NCBI GenBank assembly: GCA_964441265.1
Contig: CAYYKJ010000003.1
Span: 96,579 to 160,578, forward strand
Direction: 5' to 3'
Length of the DNA: 64,000 bases
Source: an uncultured archaeon
GTDB taxonomy: Archaea; Aenigmatarchaeota; Aenigmatarchaeia; QMZP01; QMZT01
The notes below the pieces were generated by a model that worked only from the letters and a program-made list of their open reading frames with translations, did no database searches and was not told where the DNA came from. Below are positions 19,573-29,350 of this stretch, in pieces (position 1 is the first letter of the stretch; every line of letters begins with the position of its first letter). Made by a program: the position numbers and the translations under genes.

Positions 19573-20214
19573 ATGGGAAAATTATCCGCTTCCGAGACTG
19601 GAAAAATCCTGAAGAAATACAAAATACCTGCCCCCGAACAGGCCACTGCAAAGGACAGGAAGGAACTTGCGAAGAAAGCCAAAAATATAGGATACCCTGT
19701 GGTTCTGAAACTTGAATCCCCCGACATCATACACAAGACCGAAGCAAAATGCGTGGTCACGGACATAAGGAACGAGAAAGAGCTTCTGGAATCCTCCGAA
19801 AAGATACTGAAGAACGCGAAAAGACACGACAGAAAGGCCAGGATGAAGGGCTTCCTCGTGCAGGAACATTTCAGGGGCCACGAGACCATCGTCGGAGGGA
19901 AGAGAGACGAGCAGTTCGGTCCCGTGGTCCTTTTCGGTGCGGGGGGGATATTCACGGAGCTGCTAAAGGACATGTCCATAAGGATATGCCCCATAAAAAG
20001 GAAGGACGCCAAAGAGATGACTGAAGAGATAAGATTCTCCGGAATTCTGGACGGATTCAGGGGCGAGCCCCCAGCCGACAAGAGGAAGATAACCGACGTC
20101 ATAATGGCAGTGAACAGGATCATGGTCAAGGAAAAGATAAAGGAGCTGGACATAAACCCCCTCATGGTCTCGGAGAAAGGGGTGAGGGCGGTCGACGTCA
20201 GGATAATGAAATGA
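19573..20214 (+). CDS. ADP-forming acetate--CoA ligase beta subunit (ATP-grasp)
   Basis: GYPVVLK..SPDIIHKTE, D.QFGPVVLFGAGG, ELDINPL. Confidence 0.9.
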   Translation: MGKLSASETGKILKKYKIPAPEQATAKDRKELAKKAKNIGYPVVLKLESPDIIHKTEAKCVVTDIRNEKELLESSEKILKNAKRHDRKARMKGFLVQEHFRGHETIVGGKRDEQFGPVVLFGAGGIFTELLKDMSIRICPIKRKDAKEMTEEIRFSGILDGFRGEPPADKRKITDVIMAVNRIMVKEKIKELDINPLMVSEKGVRAVDVRIMK

Positions 20215-20282
20215 AAGGACATCCTGCCCGCGGAAGGGTTTTCTGATCATAATTGAAGGGTTAGCATCACGGAGGCTTTTAC

Positions 20283-20741
20283 ATGGACTGGAAGATACAC
20301 ACGATATCGTCATTCACGGTTTATTTCCTGATAATGATCATTTTCGCCTTCTCCGTGCCCTTCGCCGCGGCAGGCCTGCTGGTGATGCTCTTCTTTTCAA
20401 TGTTCCCGGACATAGACCACCCAAAATCAATGATAAGGAAGGCGAGCACCGTGATAATATTCTATTTCGCGGAGCTGTTCGTTTTCCTCTGTCTCCGGAC
20501 CGGGATCATGGAAAAACTGCTGGTCTCCGGGGCGGTGGCGGTCCTGACATATTATCTGTACAAGAACCTTCCAGTCCACCACAGAGGGTCCAAATCCCTC
20601 CACAGATGGAGATACGCCATAATACTGACCCCGGCGATTGCACTGGCCTTCATCGCGGCGGGGCTGGACGCCTTCCTGGCCGCTTTCGTCCTGATAGGGT
20701 ACGGGCTGCACCTGCTTCTCGACAAAATAAGGGATTTCTGA
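20283..20741 (+). CDS. Membrane metal-dependent hydrolase (YdjM-like)
   Basis: H, PDID, HRG..SLH, HLLLD motifs. Confidence 0.82.
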   Translation: MDWKIHTISSFTVYFLIMIIFAFSVPFAAAGLLVMLFFSMFPDIDHPKSMIRKASTVIIFYFAELFVFLCLRTGIMEKLLVSGAVAVLTYYLYKNLPVHHRGSKSLHRWRYAIILTPAIALAFIAAGLDAFLAAFVLIGYGLHLLLDKIRDF

Positions 20742-20752
20742 GGTGACAGCAA

Positions 20753-20923
20753 TCAATATTTATCAAGCAATTCCTTCACTCGCTCCTCTCTCCTCGACCT
20801 TTCCAGAAGTATCAGATAGAAGGGCGCCTTACCGTCGGTGTTATACTCCATTTTCGGGATATAGTTCTCGCTGTTCTTGGCGGTACTCTTCAGAATCTTC
20901 TTTTGATACTTGGTCAGGGTCAT
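20753..20923 (-). CDS. Small hypothetical protein (56 aa) not in the ORF track
   Basis: MTLTKYQKKILK...ELLDKY*; GGAGGTG SD just upstream of the ATG; purine-rich coding-like strand. Confidence 0.6.
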   Translation of the reverse strand: MTLTKYQKKILKSTAKNSENYIPKMEYNTDGKAPFYLILLERSRREERVKELLDKY

Positions 20924-21196
20924 TGCAGCACCTCCCGGACAAGAGATCTTCTTTCACCAGAAACACTGCTTTGCGACATCCTAATCACGTAAGAAGGGAA
21001 GACGTCCTCATTTTATGATATGGAGACGATAAAAACTGAAGAAAAGTAGAAATATCTTTACAGCATATGATTTCATGTCCATTGAAGCCTATTTGACGGT
21101 GGAATTTTTTATAACAAATCTCCAGAAAAAACTGGACCCGTCCACCGGAATATGCTTATATTGAATCGGGCACAATCTATTAAAAGGTGATGGGAG

Positions 21197-21733
21197 ATTC
21201 ACGAGATAAGGTTTCACGGCAGGGGGGGTCAGGGCGTAAAGATGAGCGCCCACATACTCGGGAGGGCGGCCTTCCTCTCCGGGTTCCAGATACAGGATTT
21301 CGCGGTTTACGGAGCCGAGAGGAGGGGCGCGCCGCTTTCGTCTTTCTGCAGGATATCAAAGGAACCCATAGGTACACGGGGATATATATTCAGCCCCGAC
21401 CACATCGTGTCGCTGGATCCGAGCCTGGACCTGAACTTCGTGCTCTCCGGGACGAACAAGGATTCCCTGATACTCATAAATTCCCCGAAAAAAATCAAAA
21501 AGTTCAGGAAGTTCAGGATACACAGCATAGACGCGACGGGAATAGCGCTGGAGATAATAGGAAAGCCCATTCCCAACGTCGCCATACTGGGGGCATTCCT
21601 GAAGCTGACCAGGATGTTCCCCCTCAAGAACCTGGAGGAGGCCATAGAAACCGAGCTGGAGGAGGCTGGCCACGGCAAGATGTCCGAGCCCAACATAAGG
21701 GCCTGCAGGGTCTGCTACAGGAAAATCTCATAG
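21197..21733 (+). CDS. porC: Pyruvate/2-oxoacid:ferredoxin oxidoreductase gamma subunit (probable ATT start)
   Basis: EIRFHGRGGQG lies in frame upstream of ATG 21242; YGAERRGAP, IDATGIA, PNVAILGA. Confidence 0.9.
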   Translation: MHEIRFHGRGGQGVKMSAHILGRAAFLSGFQIQDFAVYGAERRGAPLSSFCRISKEPIGTRGYIFSPDHIVSLDPSLDLNFVLSGTNKDSLILINSPKKIKKFRKFRIHSIDATGIALEIIGKPIPNVAILGAFLKLTRMFPLKNLEEAIETELEEAGHGKMSEPNIRACRVCYRKIS

Positions 21734-21755
21734 TCAAGAACAGGTGGTGAAAAGC

Positions 21756-22058
21756 ATGCTGGAATTCCTATTCGGATGGGGGAGGAAGATCCGCAAGATA
21801 AGGAAGAAATGGGACAGGGCCAGGGAAAAGGCGCTGAAAAAGGAGGGTCCCATGAAATCGGACCTGCTTTCCAGGCTGGACCTCATAGAGAACAAGCTCC
21901 GCCTTCTGGAGGAGAGGAAATCCATAACCAGGGTAGAGAGGTCCCGTCTCTCCAAGGAGATAGAGATCGATCTGGAGGGGATAAAGGAGATGCTCAAGAT
22001 GAAGGAGGAGGAATTCTCCGCCCAGCGGCAGAGGGCGAAAAACGCGAGGAACCAGTGA
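21756..22058 (+). CDS. Hypothetical basic helical protein
   Basis: GGTGA SD before ATG 21756; lies between porC and porD. Confidence 0.65.
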   Translation: MLEFLFGWGRKIRKIRKKWDRAREKALKKEGPMKSDLLSRLDLIENKLRLLEERKSITRVERSRLSKEIEIDLEGIKEMLKMKEEEFSAQRQRAKNARNQ

Positions 22059-22062
22059 TACG

Positions 22063-22347
22063 ATGAAGGAAGAGAGCAAGCTGAGATACGAGAGGGTAAA
22101 GGGAATACCCCACGCAAGGGAGCCCAAGAATTCCGTTCGGAGGAAGACGGGGGAATGGAGGGTCTTCAGGCCCGAGATAAACGAGAAGAAATGCGTGAAG
22201 TGTAAGACCTGCTGGCTGGTGTGTCCCGAATCCGCCATAGAATGGAAGGGGAAGCCGGTGATAGATTACGACCTCTGCAAGGGCTGCCTGGTGTGCATGA
22301 ACGAATGCCCCGCAAGGGCCATAAGCAGGAAAAAAGACAGCCACTAA
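22063..22347 (+). CDS. porD: 2-oxoacid:ferredoxin oxidoreductase delta subunit (2x[4Fe-4S])
   Basis: KTGEWRVFRP, CxxCxxCxxxCP twice, DYDLCKGC. Confidence 0.9.
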   Translation: MKEESKLRYERVKGIPHAREPKNSVRRKTGEWRVFRPEINEKKCVKCKTCWLVCPESAIEWKGKPVIDYDLCKGCLVCMNECPARAISRKKDSH

Positions 22348-22447
22348 GGGTGACCGGAGCAAATTTATTTAAATCATTTTCTTATAAGAAATACATGCAG
22401 AGCGAATTGACAAACAACTTATTCTACCCCGACAGGAGGAAGCTCCC

Positions 22448-24148
22448 ATGAAAAAGAAGACCATCGAGGAACTCTCGACAAAGACCGATGATCATGAATT
22501 CTATTTCTCCGCACCGGAAGGATACAAGCGGGGTAAGACAAAATACGTTGTCATAACCGGCTCCGTGATTTCGGGGGTGGGGAAGGGGACGTTCTCATCC
22601 TGCATAGGGACAGTACTAGAACTTTTCCACAACTTCAGGGTCTCGCCGATAAAATTCGACGGCTATCTGAACTGCGACGCGGGGACCCTCAACCCCTTCA
22701 GGCACGGGGAGGTGTTCGTGCTGGACGACGGGACGGAGTGCGACCTGGATCTGGGATCCTATGAAAGGATGATAAATAAGGACTTTTCCGGGGACAACTA
22801 CCTGACATCGGGGAAGATATTCAAGAGCATAATAGACAAGGAGAGGGCAGGAGAGTATCTGGGCAGGGACGTACAGTTCATCCCCCACGTGACCGGGGAG
22901 ATAAAGAGGTTCCTGAGGAAATTGGGCATGAAGACCAGGGCCGATATCGTGCTGGTGGAGGTCGGGGGTACCACCGGCGATCTGGAAAACTCCTATTTCA
23001 CGGAGGCCATGCGGGAGCTTTCCTACGAAGAGGGGAAGGAGAACGTGTTCTTCATAAACGTAACATACATTCTCGAGCCCCCCTCTCTCGGGGAGCACAA
23101 GAGCAAGGCTGCCCAGCTGGGAATAAAGAACCTGATGAGCCTGGGCGTGCAGCCCGACATGATAATCTGCAGGAGCGAGATGCCGGTCAGCGAAAGAATA
23201 AGGGAAAAGATAAGCATATACTCCAACGTGCCCTTGCCGAGGGTCATCAACTGCAATGATGTGAAGAACATCTACAGGATACCGCTCTCCCTGATGGAAA
23301 AGGGGGTCGACACGGAAATAATGAATTCCATGAACCTGAAAAAGGGGGAGAGCACCAACAGGGAAAACCTGAAGAAATGGAAAGAACTGGCAGAAAAGAG
23401 GGAAAACCCGAAGAGAAGGGTAAAGATCGGTATTGTCGGGAAATACACAAACGTCCATGACTCGTACCTCAGCATACTGAAAGCCCTCGAGCATGCAGGA
23501 TCGCATCTGGAAACGAAGGTGGAAATAGACTGGGTGGAAACCACGAGAATCGGGGAGGGAGAGGTCGGGAACCGCCTGAAGGGCCTCGACGGCATTATCA
23601 TACCCGGGGGGTTCGGAAAGAGGGGAATCGAAGGTAAAATAATGTGCTCGAAATACGCCAGGGAGAAGGGAATCCCCTATCTCGGTCTCTGCCTGGGTTT
23701 CCAGATAGCCCTCATTGACTTCGCGAGGAACGTCTGCGACATCAGAGACGCGGATTCCACCGAGATGAATCCCGGCACGAAATCCCCGGTGATTGACATA
23801 CTCCCGGAGCAGAAGAAGATAGAGGGCCTGGGCGGCAACATGAGACTCGGGGGGAAGGACATCGAAATAAAAAAGGGCACGCTCGCCCACAAAATTTACG
23901 GCAGGGATATGATAAGAAAGAGGTTCAGGCACAGATATGAATGCAACCCGGAATACATAGAAATTTTCGAGAAAAACGGAATGGTCTTCTCCGGGAAGCA
24001 TCCGAAATACGAGATAACGCAGATACTCGAGATTCCGGATCACCCGTTCTTCATGGCCACTCAATACCATGCGGAATTCACTTCAAAGACGCTCGAACCG
24101 GAGCCGGTTTTCATCGGATTCGTTAAGGCGTGCCTTAAAAACAAATGA
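22448..24148 (+). CDS. pyrG: CTP synthase
   Basis: GSVISGVGKG, HGEVFVLDDG, GLCLG, RHRYE; about 30-aa N-terminal extension. Confidence 0.97.
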   Translation: MKKKTIEELSTKTDDHEFYFSAPEGYKRGKTKYVVITGSVISGVGKGTFSSCIGTVLELFHNFRVSPIKFDGYLNCDAGTLNPFRHGEVFVLDDGTECDLDLGSYERMINKDFSGDNYLTSGKIFKSIIDKERAGEYLGRDVQFIPHVTGEIKRFLRKLGMKTRADIVLVEVGGTTGDLENSYFTEAMRELSYEEGKENVFFINVTYILEPPSLGEHKSKAAQLGIKNLMSLGVQPDMIICRSEMPVSERIREKISIYSNVPLPRVINCNDVKNIYRIPLSLMEKGVDTEIMNSMNLKKGESTNRENLKKWKELAEKRENPKRRVKIGIVGKYTNVHDSYLSILKALEHAGSHLETKVEIDWVETTRIGEGEVGNRLKGLDGIIIPGGFGKRGIEGKIMCSKYAREKGIPYLGLCLGFQIALIDFARNVCDIRDADSTEMNPGTKSPVIDILPEQKKIEGLGGNMRLGGKDIEIKKGTLAHKIYGRDMIRKRFRHRYECNPEYIEIFEKNGMVFSGKHPKYEITQILEIPDHPFFMATQYHAEFTSKTLEPEPVFIGFVKACLKNK

Positions 24149-24176
24149 TATTTAAACGGCTGTTACATAATAAACT

Positions 24177-25724
24177 ATGAAAAAAGGGGCGACCTCTCAT
24201 TCTATTAAGAAGCGGGGATTCGACACCGAGAAATACCTGAAGGCGCAGTCGAGAGAAATCCTCGGGAGGCTAAAGAGGTTCGACAAGAGGCTCTATCTGG
24301 AGTTCGGCGGCAAGCTCTGCTATGACCATCACGCAGCGAGGGTCCTCCCCGGCTACAGGCCCGACACGAAAATAATGCTTTTCAAGAATCTCAGCAGGGA
24401 CGCGGAGATAATATACTGCATAAGCTCGAAGGACATACAGAAGGGGAAGATGAGGGGGGACTCAGGCCTTCCTTACGACCAGCAGGCCCTCAGGGACATA
24501 GGGGACCTGAAAGAAAGGGGTCTCAGCGTCTCCTGCGTCGCTATAACGCTGTACAACGGAGAGGCCCTGGCCGACAGGTTCAGGAAACACCTCCAAAATC
24601 TCGGCCTGAGGGTCCGCGTCTTCACCGAAATAAAGGACTACCCGGATGACATAGACAGGGTGGTGAGCGAAAAGGGATACGGATCCCAGCCCTACATCGG
24701 AATAAAGAAGCCCCTCGTCATCATAACCGGGGCGGGAGGCGGGAGCGGAAAGATGTCCCTCTGCCTCTCGCAGATGTATCACGACCACAAGAGGGGCCTG
24801 AAATCCGGATTCGCGAAATTCGAAACCTTCCCCATATGGAACCTTCCCATAGACCATCCGGTCAACGTGGCCTACGAAGCATCGACCGCTGATCTGGGCG
24901 ACTATAACATGACAGACCCCTTCCACAAAAAGAAATACGGGATAACGAGCGTGAACTACAACAGGGACATAGAAAATTTCGGCATCATGAAAAAGATACT
25001 GGAAAGGATCATCTCTGACGGGGAAAAGTTGCCCTACGACTCGCCCACGGACATGGGAGTCAACATGGCAAAGGAGGGGATCATAGATGACAACGCATGC
25101 AGGGAGGCCGGAAAGCAGGAGATAATAAGGAGATATTTCAGGTACAAAAAAGAACTGATGACGGGCGTGGAGAGCAGGGAGACAGTCTCCAGGATGGATA
25201 ATATAATGAAGAAATCAGGGCTCGGGCCCGAAGACAGGAGGGTCGTGATCCCCGCCAGGAAGGCCTCAGAGGAGGCCAAAAGGAAGGGAAAGGGGAACAA
25301 GGGGATATTCTGCGGGGCGGCGATAGAACTTCCCGGAGGGGAGATGGTCACGGGGAAAAATTCCCCCCTTCTTCATGCATCCTCTGCGGCCATACTCAAC
25401 GCGACAAAGGAGCTCGCGGGAATACCCGACAATATTGACCTCATAGACAACAGCGTACTCAGGAGCATAGACAGGCTGAAGACGAAGACTCTGGGGATGA
25501 AATCCGAGAGCCTGAATGTGAACGAGGTTCTGATAGCCCTCTCCGTGAGCAGTTCGGTGAACCCCACGGTAAAGAATTCGATCGAGAAGCTCAGGGACTT
25601 GGGAGGGTGCGAAATGCACGTTACCCACATGCTGTCCAGCGGGGACGAATCGGGGCTCAGAAAGATAGGGCTGAACGTCACGACGGATGCGATACCCACG
25701 ATAAAATATGCCCCGGTTGAATGA
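24177..25724 (+). CDS. DUF1846 domain protein
   Basis: LYLEFGGKL..D.HA.RVLPG, GSGK, AKFETFPIWN, SPTDMGVN. Confidence 0.9.
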   Translation: MKKGATSHSIKKRGFDTEKYLKAQSREILGRLKRFDKRLYLEFGGKLCYDHHAARVLPGYRPDTKIMLFKNLSRDAEIIYCISSKDIQKGKMRGDSGLPYDQQALRDIGDLKERGLSVSCVAITLYNGEALADRFRKHLQNLGLRVRVFTEIKDYPDDIDRVVSEKGYGSQPYIGIKKPLVIITGAGGGSGKMSLCLSQMYHDHKRGLKSGFAKFETFPIWNLPIDHPVNVAYEASTADLGDYNMTDPFHKKKYGITSVNYNRDIENFGIMKKILERIISDGEKLPYDSPTDMGVNMAKEGIIDDNACREAGKQEIIRRYFRYKKELMTGVESRETVSRMDNIMKKSGLGPEDRRVVIPARKASEEAKRKGKGNKGIFCGAAIELPGGEMVTGKNSPLLHASSAAILNATKELAGIPDNIDLIDNSVLRSIDRLKTKTLGMKSESLNVNEVLIALSVSSSVNPTVKNSIEKLRDLGGCEMHVTHMLSSGDESGLRKIGLNVTTDAIPTIKYAPVE

Positions 25725-28322
25725 TCACTTTCTGGTTCCGATCACAAAATAGACCATGGCTGAGAGAACGAACAGTAACATGATCCCGATCCAGTTCAGC
25801 CCCGGGAACTCCGCCGGGAGGAGGACGTTGATTTCTATGGTGTGATTGCTGTTGACTTCTGGCTTAAGGTAGTGGACGCCTTCAACGGTAAGTTCATAAG
25901 GAGAACCATCTATGTCGGCGGCTGCTATCTCCACCTCCACCTGCCTCTCCTCCTGCCTGTTGAGCTTCGTCTCCCACTCGTCCCCGTAGCCCAGTCCGCT
26001 CTCCCCGGGAACAAGGAACTTCGCATATTTTCCGAAGAATCCCTTGAAGGAAAAGGTGAAATCCCCGTCCTCGTTCAGTATGTTCCTCACCTTCAGGGGC
26101 ACCGTATGGTGGGAGCCTATGGTCAGGCTGAGGTCACCGGACTGGAACTCGACCAGCGGGTGCTCGTAAAGGTATACCTTCCAGTAAGCGCCCCCCGGGG
26201 GACTGGTTTCGCTTCTGGAGGGACCGCTCAACGCCTCGGAATATATCCAGAAGAGGACCTTCCTGTCACCCCCGACCGGGCCTATGCTCGCATTGCAGTA
26301 TTCATCCGGTCCCAGTCCCGATCCCCCGTTGTCGCAATATGTAAGATTCCAGTCCCCCGGATCAGGTGACTGGCTTATGGGCAGAACGGAATAGTGTATG
26401 GAAACGTTCATTCCCAAATCCTTGTTCTTCACCGCTATCTTGGAGCTGACGTCTGAAGCGGTCATGCCCCCGCTTATGGGGACATTGCCGTACTCCTCGG
26501 TCATGAAGTAAACCTCGGCGTATTTCGGGAAGAAGACCGTGGTGTTCACGTCCGCTCCGGTCTTGGTCTCCTGGTTGCCGAGCCTGTCGGCTGAAAGCGT
26601 GCGGAAGTAGAAGGTGTATCCGTCCACCTTCTTGTCGTCAGTCTCCTCTGCGAGAGAGGTCAGGCTGATATCGGAAGCTACCTTTGAAGCTGTTTGGATA
26701 TAATCGGGGTGGTTGGTCCATCCCTTTAATTCAGTGCCATCCTCGTCCTCGATCCTGTACTGGAGCGTGTAGCTTTCCAGCCCGGACCCCACATTATCGT
26801 CATCGAGTTTCGGATCTTCACCCTCCCATTCCAGATCTATGTTTGTTTTCTCATACTGATAGGGCTCAAGAGGGGTCTTTATTTCTGATTCCGATGAGGT
26901 ATTGTCCACGAGTTCCCAGTCCTGGACCATATTTGAAATCTCATCAACGGTGACGTTGAAGTATACGCTCTTGTTACCGTTCTCTTCGCTTGGAAGGCGC
27001 ACTCCGATCTCATCGCTTACCAGTCCCGTCCCTGCGGGGCATCCGAATCCCGTCCATACGGAGCCGTCGAAGCTGTAATAGCATTCCTCGTCGTAACCCG
27101 GGAGATTGTAGTATGTCACATTAAGGGTCACATCGAAGTCCTTGACGTATTTCGGAACGGAGGGGTCATAATCCAGCACCTCCACGTCAGCGTCAAGCGC
27201 AGTCAGAGTGGCCTCCCTCCGGGAGGAGTTGACCTCCTTGCCAAACGTATCGTTCATGTACAGCTTGAAATCATATTTTTCGAAGGGGTCGTTTTCCAGG
27301 GGCCCCAGAACAGTGTAGTAATTATGACAGTTTCCCTCCAGATCCCCAACGAGGTCGAGTGTGTAGTTCTCGTTTGCGCCGTCGCGGAGATTCACCCAGA
27401 CCTTATCTATACGGGTGCTCTTGTTGCAGGCCGTCGCGTTGATGATAATGGAATCGTCCAGCAGGATCTTACCGTCCTCTGGGGTGGGTTCCAGGTAATC
27501 GACGCTCAGTGTGATGTAGACCGTGAAAGTCCTCTCCCCCGCGCTTATCTCATCACCGTTCGTGCCGTTCGCATAGGCGGTGAATGTGTACGCGCCCTCG
27601 CTGAGCCCGGTGAAATCGGTGGTGTAATAATATGTGTCCCCGTCCCTGAAATCTAATTCCATGGTCTCATTGTAGGGATTCTTTCCCGGAGCATCCCAAT
27701 TCACCCAGACCTTGTCTATGGGTACCGTCTTGTTCACCACGCTAACGTTTATGGTCGCCGAGGGGGATTCCGATGTGTCCGGATCGGCAGGGGTAGGGAG
27801 TTCGTAGGAAATGGTTCCGAAGGTGGTCGATTCTATCCTGCAGCAGACCTTGGTGGAGAAGGCGCTGCAGTCCCCCACGTGGGCGTTGGTTTTACCGCTT
27901 ATTGATACAAGGCATTCGTAACTCTCCGTGCATTCCGCTTCTTCATACATGCATTCCGGAATCCCGTTCCCCGAAGATATTAATGCGGGCGTTTCGTAAT
28001 TTCCCTCCCCGTATTTTTCGACGTGGGCGTTCGTTTCCCCGGAGAGCATGAGGAACGTTTCCGTGTCTCCGTCGCCATCTGTGTTGATGTCCAGGGAAGA
28101 ATCGCAGCAGAGGAGGTTGTTGTAATTGTCCTGGGAATGGAGCTCTGCGTGGCTCCCGTCCGTGTCATAAAGATGAAGAAGATCGGTCTCCCCTGAATTG
28201 CAGGAATCCGTCCTTATGCTACAGGTGAGATCGGCCAAAGCCCCAGAAGAAAGGGCAACGCTGGCGAGAACGAAGGAAACGGCCAAAACTATAATCGCTG
28301 CTCTGGAGATATGGGCACCCAT
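25725..28322 (-). CDS. Secreted/surface protein (865 aa): Cys-rich N-domain, Ig/Fn3-like domains, C-terminal anchor
   Basis: Signal peptide, SGxTNAH repeats, acidic with many N-x-S/T, EFPGL + TM + RK tail. Confidence 0.8.
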   Translation of the reverse strand: MGAHISRAAIIVLAVSFVLASVALSSGALADLTCSIRTDSCNSGETDLLHLYDTDGSHAELHSQDNYNNLLCCDSSLDINTDGDGDTETFLMLSGETNAHVEKYGEGNYETPALISSGNGIPECMYEEAECTESYECLVSISGKTNAHVGDCSAFSTKVCCRIESTTFGTISYELPTPADPDTSESPSATINVSVVNKTVPIDKVWVNWDAPGKNPYNETMELDFRDGDTYYYTTDFTGLSEGAYTFTAYANGTNGDEISAGERTFTVYITLSVDYLEPTPEDGKILLDDSIIINATACNKSTRIDKVWVNLRDGANENYTLDLVGDLEGNCHNYYTVLGPLENDPFEKYDFKLYMNDTFGKEVNSSRREATLTALDADVEVLDYDPSVPKYVKDFDVTLNVTYYNLPGYDEECYYSFDGSVWTGFGCPAGTGLVSDEIGVRLPSEENGNKSVYFNVTVDEISNMVQDWELVDNTSSESEIKTPLEPYQYEKTNIDLEWEGEDPKLDDDNVGSGLESYTLQYRIEDEDGTELKGWTNHPDYIQTASKVASDISLTSLAEETDDKKVDGYTFYFRTLSADRLGNQETKTGADVNTTVFFPKYAEVYFMTEEYGNVPISGGMTASDVSSKIAVKNKDLGMNVSIHYSVLPISQSPDPGDWNLTYCDNGGSGLGPDEYCNASIGPVGGDRKVLFWIYSEALSGPSRSETSPPGGAYWKVYLYEHPLVEFQSGDLSLTIGSHHTVPLKVRNILNEDGDFTFSFKGFFGKYAKFLVPGESGLGYGDEWETKLNRQEERQVEVEIAAADIDGSPYELTVEGVHYLKPEVNSNHTIEINVLLPAEFPGLNWIGIMLLFVLSAMVYFVIGTRK

Positions 28323-28460
28323 GTTTTATTTTACATTTACCTTCCTTATATAGGTTCAGGGAAGGGGACTTTGCCGGCGGCTAGGTGTTCGCATGATCCC
28401 TCCGGACGTGAGCGGAATAATCGGATAAAGTATATTAGTAGCCCGGGATAAAAAATAAAC

Positions 28461-28967
28461 ATGGACCCGAAAGACAGGAATCTCCTTTTCGTCGTTGCCT
28501 GCTTCATGGTTATCATGGTCATAGTGGGTTTTGCTGTTTCCCAATTCAGCTTCCCTCCCGGGGGAGATCAGGCGGACAGGGAGAACATGGACATATTCGA
28601 CACTGCCATAGCTAGCGGCGACAAGAACAGATGCGATGAGATAACGGACCCCACAATGAGACAGTCTTGCAATGACATACTGAGCATATCCCTGGAGGAA
28701 CCCACCCAGGAGCAGATCGACGACAACAACAGGTTCGACGAGGCGATCGCCGAGGGCGACATTTCACTGTGCGAGGACATAAGCGACCCGACACTCAGGC
28801 AGTCATGCAGGGACATGCTGTCCGTCTCCCCGGAGGAGCCCTCGGAGGAGCAAAAAGCGGACATGGAGACATTCGACGAGGCACTCGCCAGAGATGATCC
28901 ATCGCTGTGCGATGGAATAAATGATCCCACTCTCAGGCAGTCCTGCAGGGACATACTGGGCGGATGA
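28461..28967 (+). CDS. Membrane-anchored protein with three ~40-aa disulfide repeats
   Basis: N-terminal TM; FD.A.A..D...C..I.DPT(M/L)RQSC.D.L three times. Confidence 0.8.
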   Translation: MDPKDRNLLFVVACFMVIMVIVGFAVSQFSFPPGGDQADRENMDIFDTAIASGDKNRCDEITDPTMRQSCNDILSISLEEPTQEQIDDNNRFDEAIAEGDISLCEDISDPTLRQSCRDMLSVSPEEPSEEQKADMETFDEALARDDPSLCDGINDPTLRQSCRDILGG

Positions 28968-29057
28968 ATCCGTTCTTCAGATTTTTTGTTGAGATTCGAG
29001 TTCTTTTTTCCCGTGTTAACGTTATATAAGGGACCGAATATAATTATTAATAATCAG

Positions 29058-29083
29058 CATTAATGATAATCATTGATGATTAT
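29058..29083. promoter_or_regulatory. Overlapping palindromes (putative operator) downstream of a TATA box
   Basis: CATTAATGAT-A-ATCATTGATG and ATAATCAT-TG-ATGATTAT, between TTATATA (~29022) and the HTH gene. Confidence 0.5.
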
Positions 29084-29113
29084 ATTATGAATTACCGGGC
29101 GGACGGGTGTTAG

Positions 29114-29350
29114 ATGAAGAGCGGAAGGGGGAAACCGGACAGGATACCAAAGAAGATAATAAAGATACTTCTAAAGCACAGCTACGGCCTCACCATAGGG
29201 GAGGTCTCCCGGCTACTGAAAATAAACAGGGCCACCGCCTCCAAATACCTCGCCATACTCGAGGCTAGGGAGCACATTCTCATCCGAAGGGTGGGGAAGG
29301 CAAAGCTCCACTACATAAGGAACAGGGAGATGGAGAAATGGCTGAAATGA
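29114..29350 (+). CDS. Winged helix-turn-helix DNA-binding protein
   Basis: GLTIGEVSRLLKINRATASKYLAILE...RRVGKAKLHY. Confidence 0.85.
   Translation: MKSGRGKPDRIPKKIIKILLKHSYGLTIGEVSRLLKINRATASKYLAILEAREHILIRRVGKAKLHYIRNREMEKWLK

Noticed and set aside
20743-21018. Plus-strand 91-aa ORF in the track
   Set aside because: Ser/Arg-rich shadow of the better supported minus-strand 56-aa ORF.
28358-28405. GC-rich stem (GGAAGGGGA...TCCCTCC) between divergent genes as a possible ncRNA
   Set aside because: No tRNA cloverleaf or convincing C/D or H/ACA boxes; pairing is imperfect.
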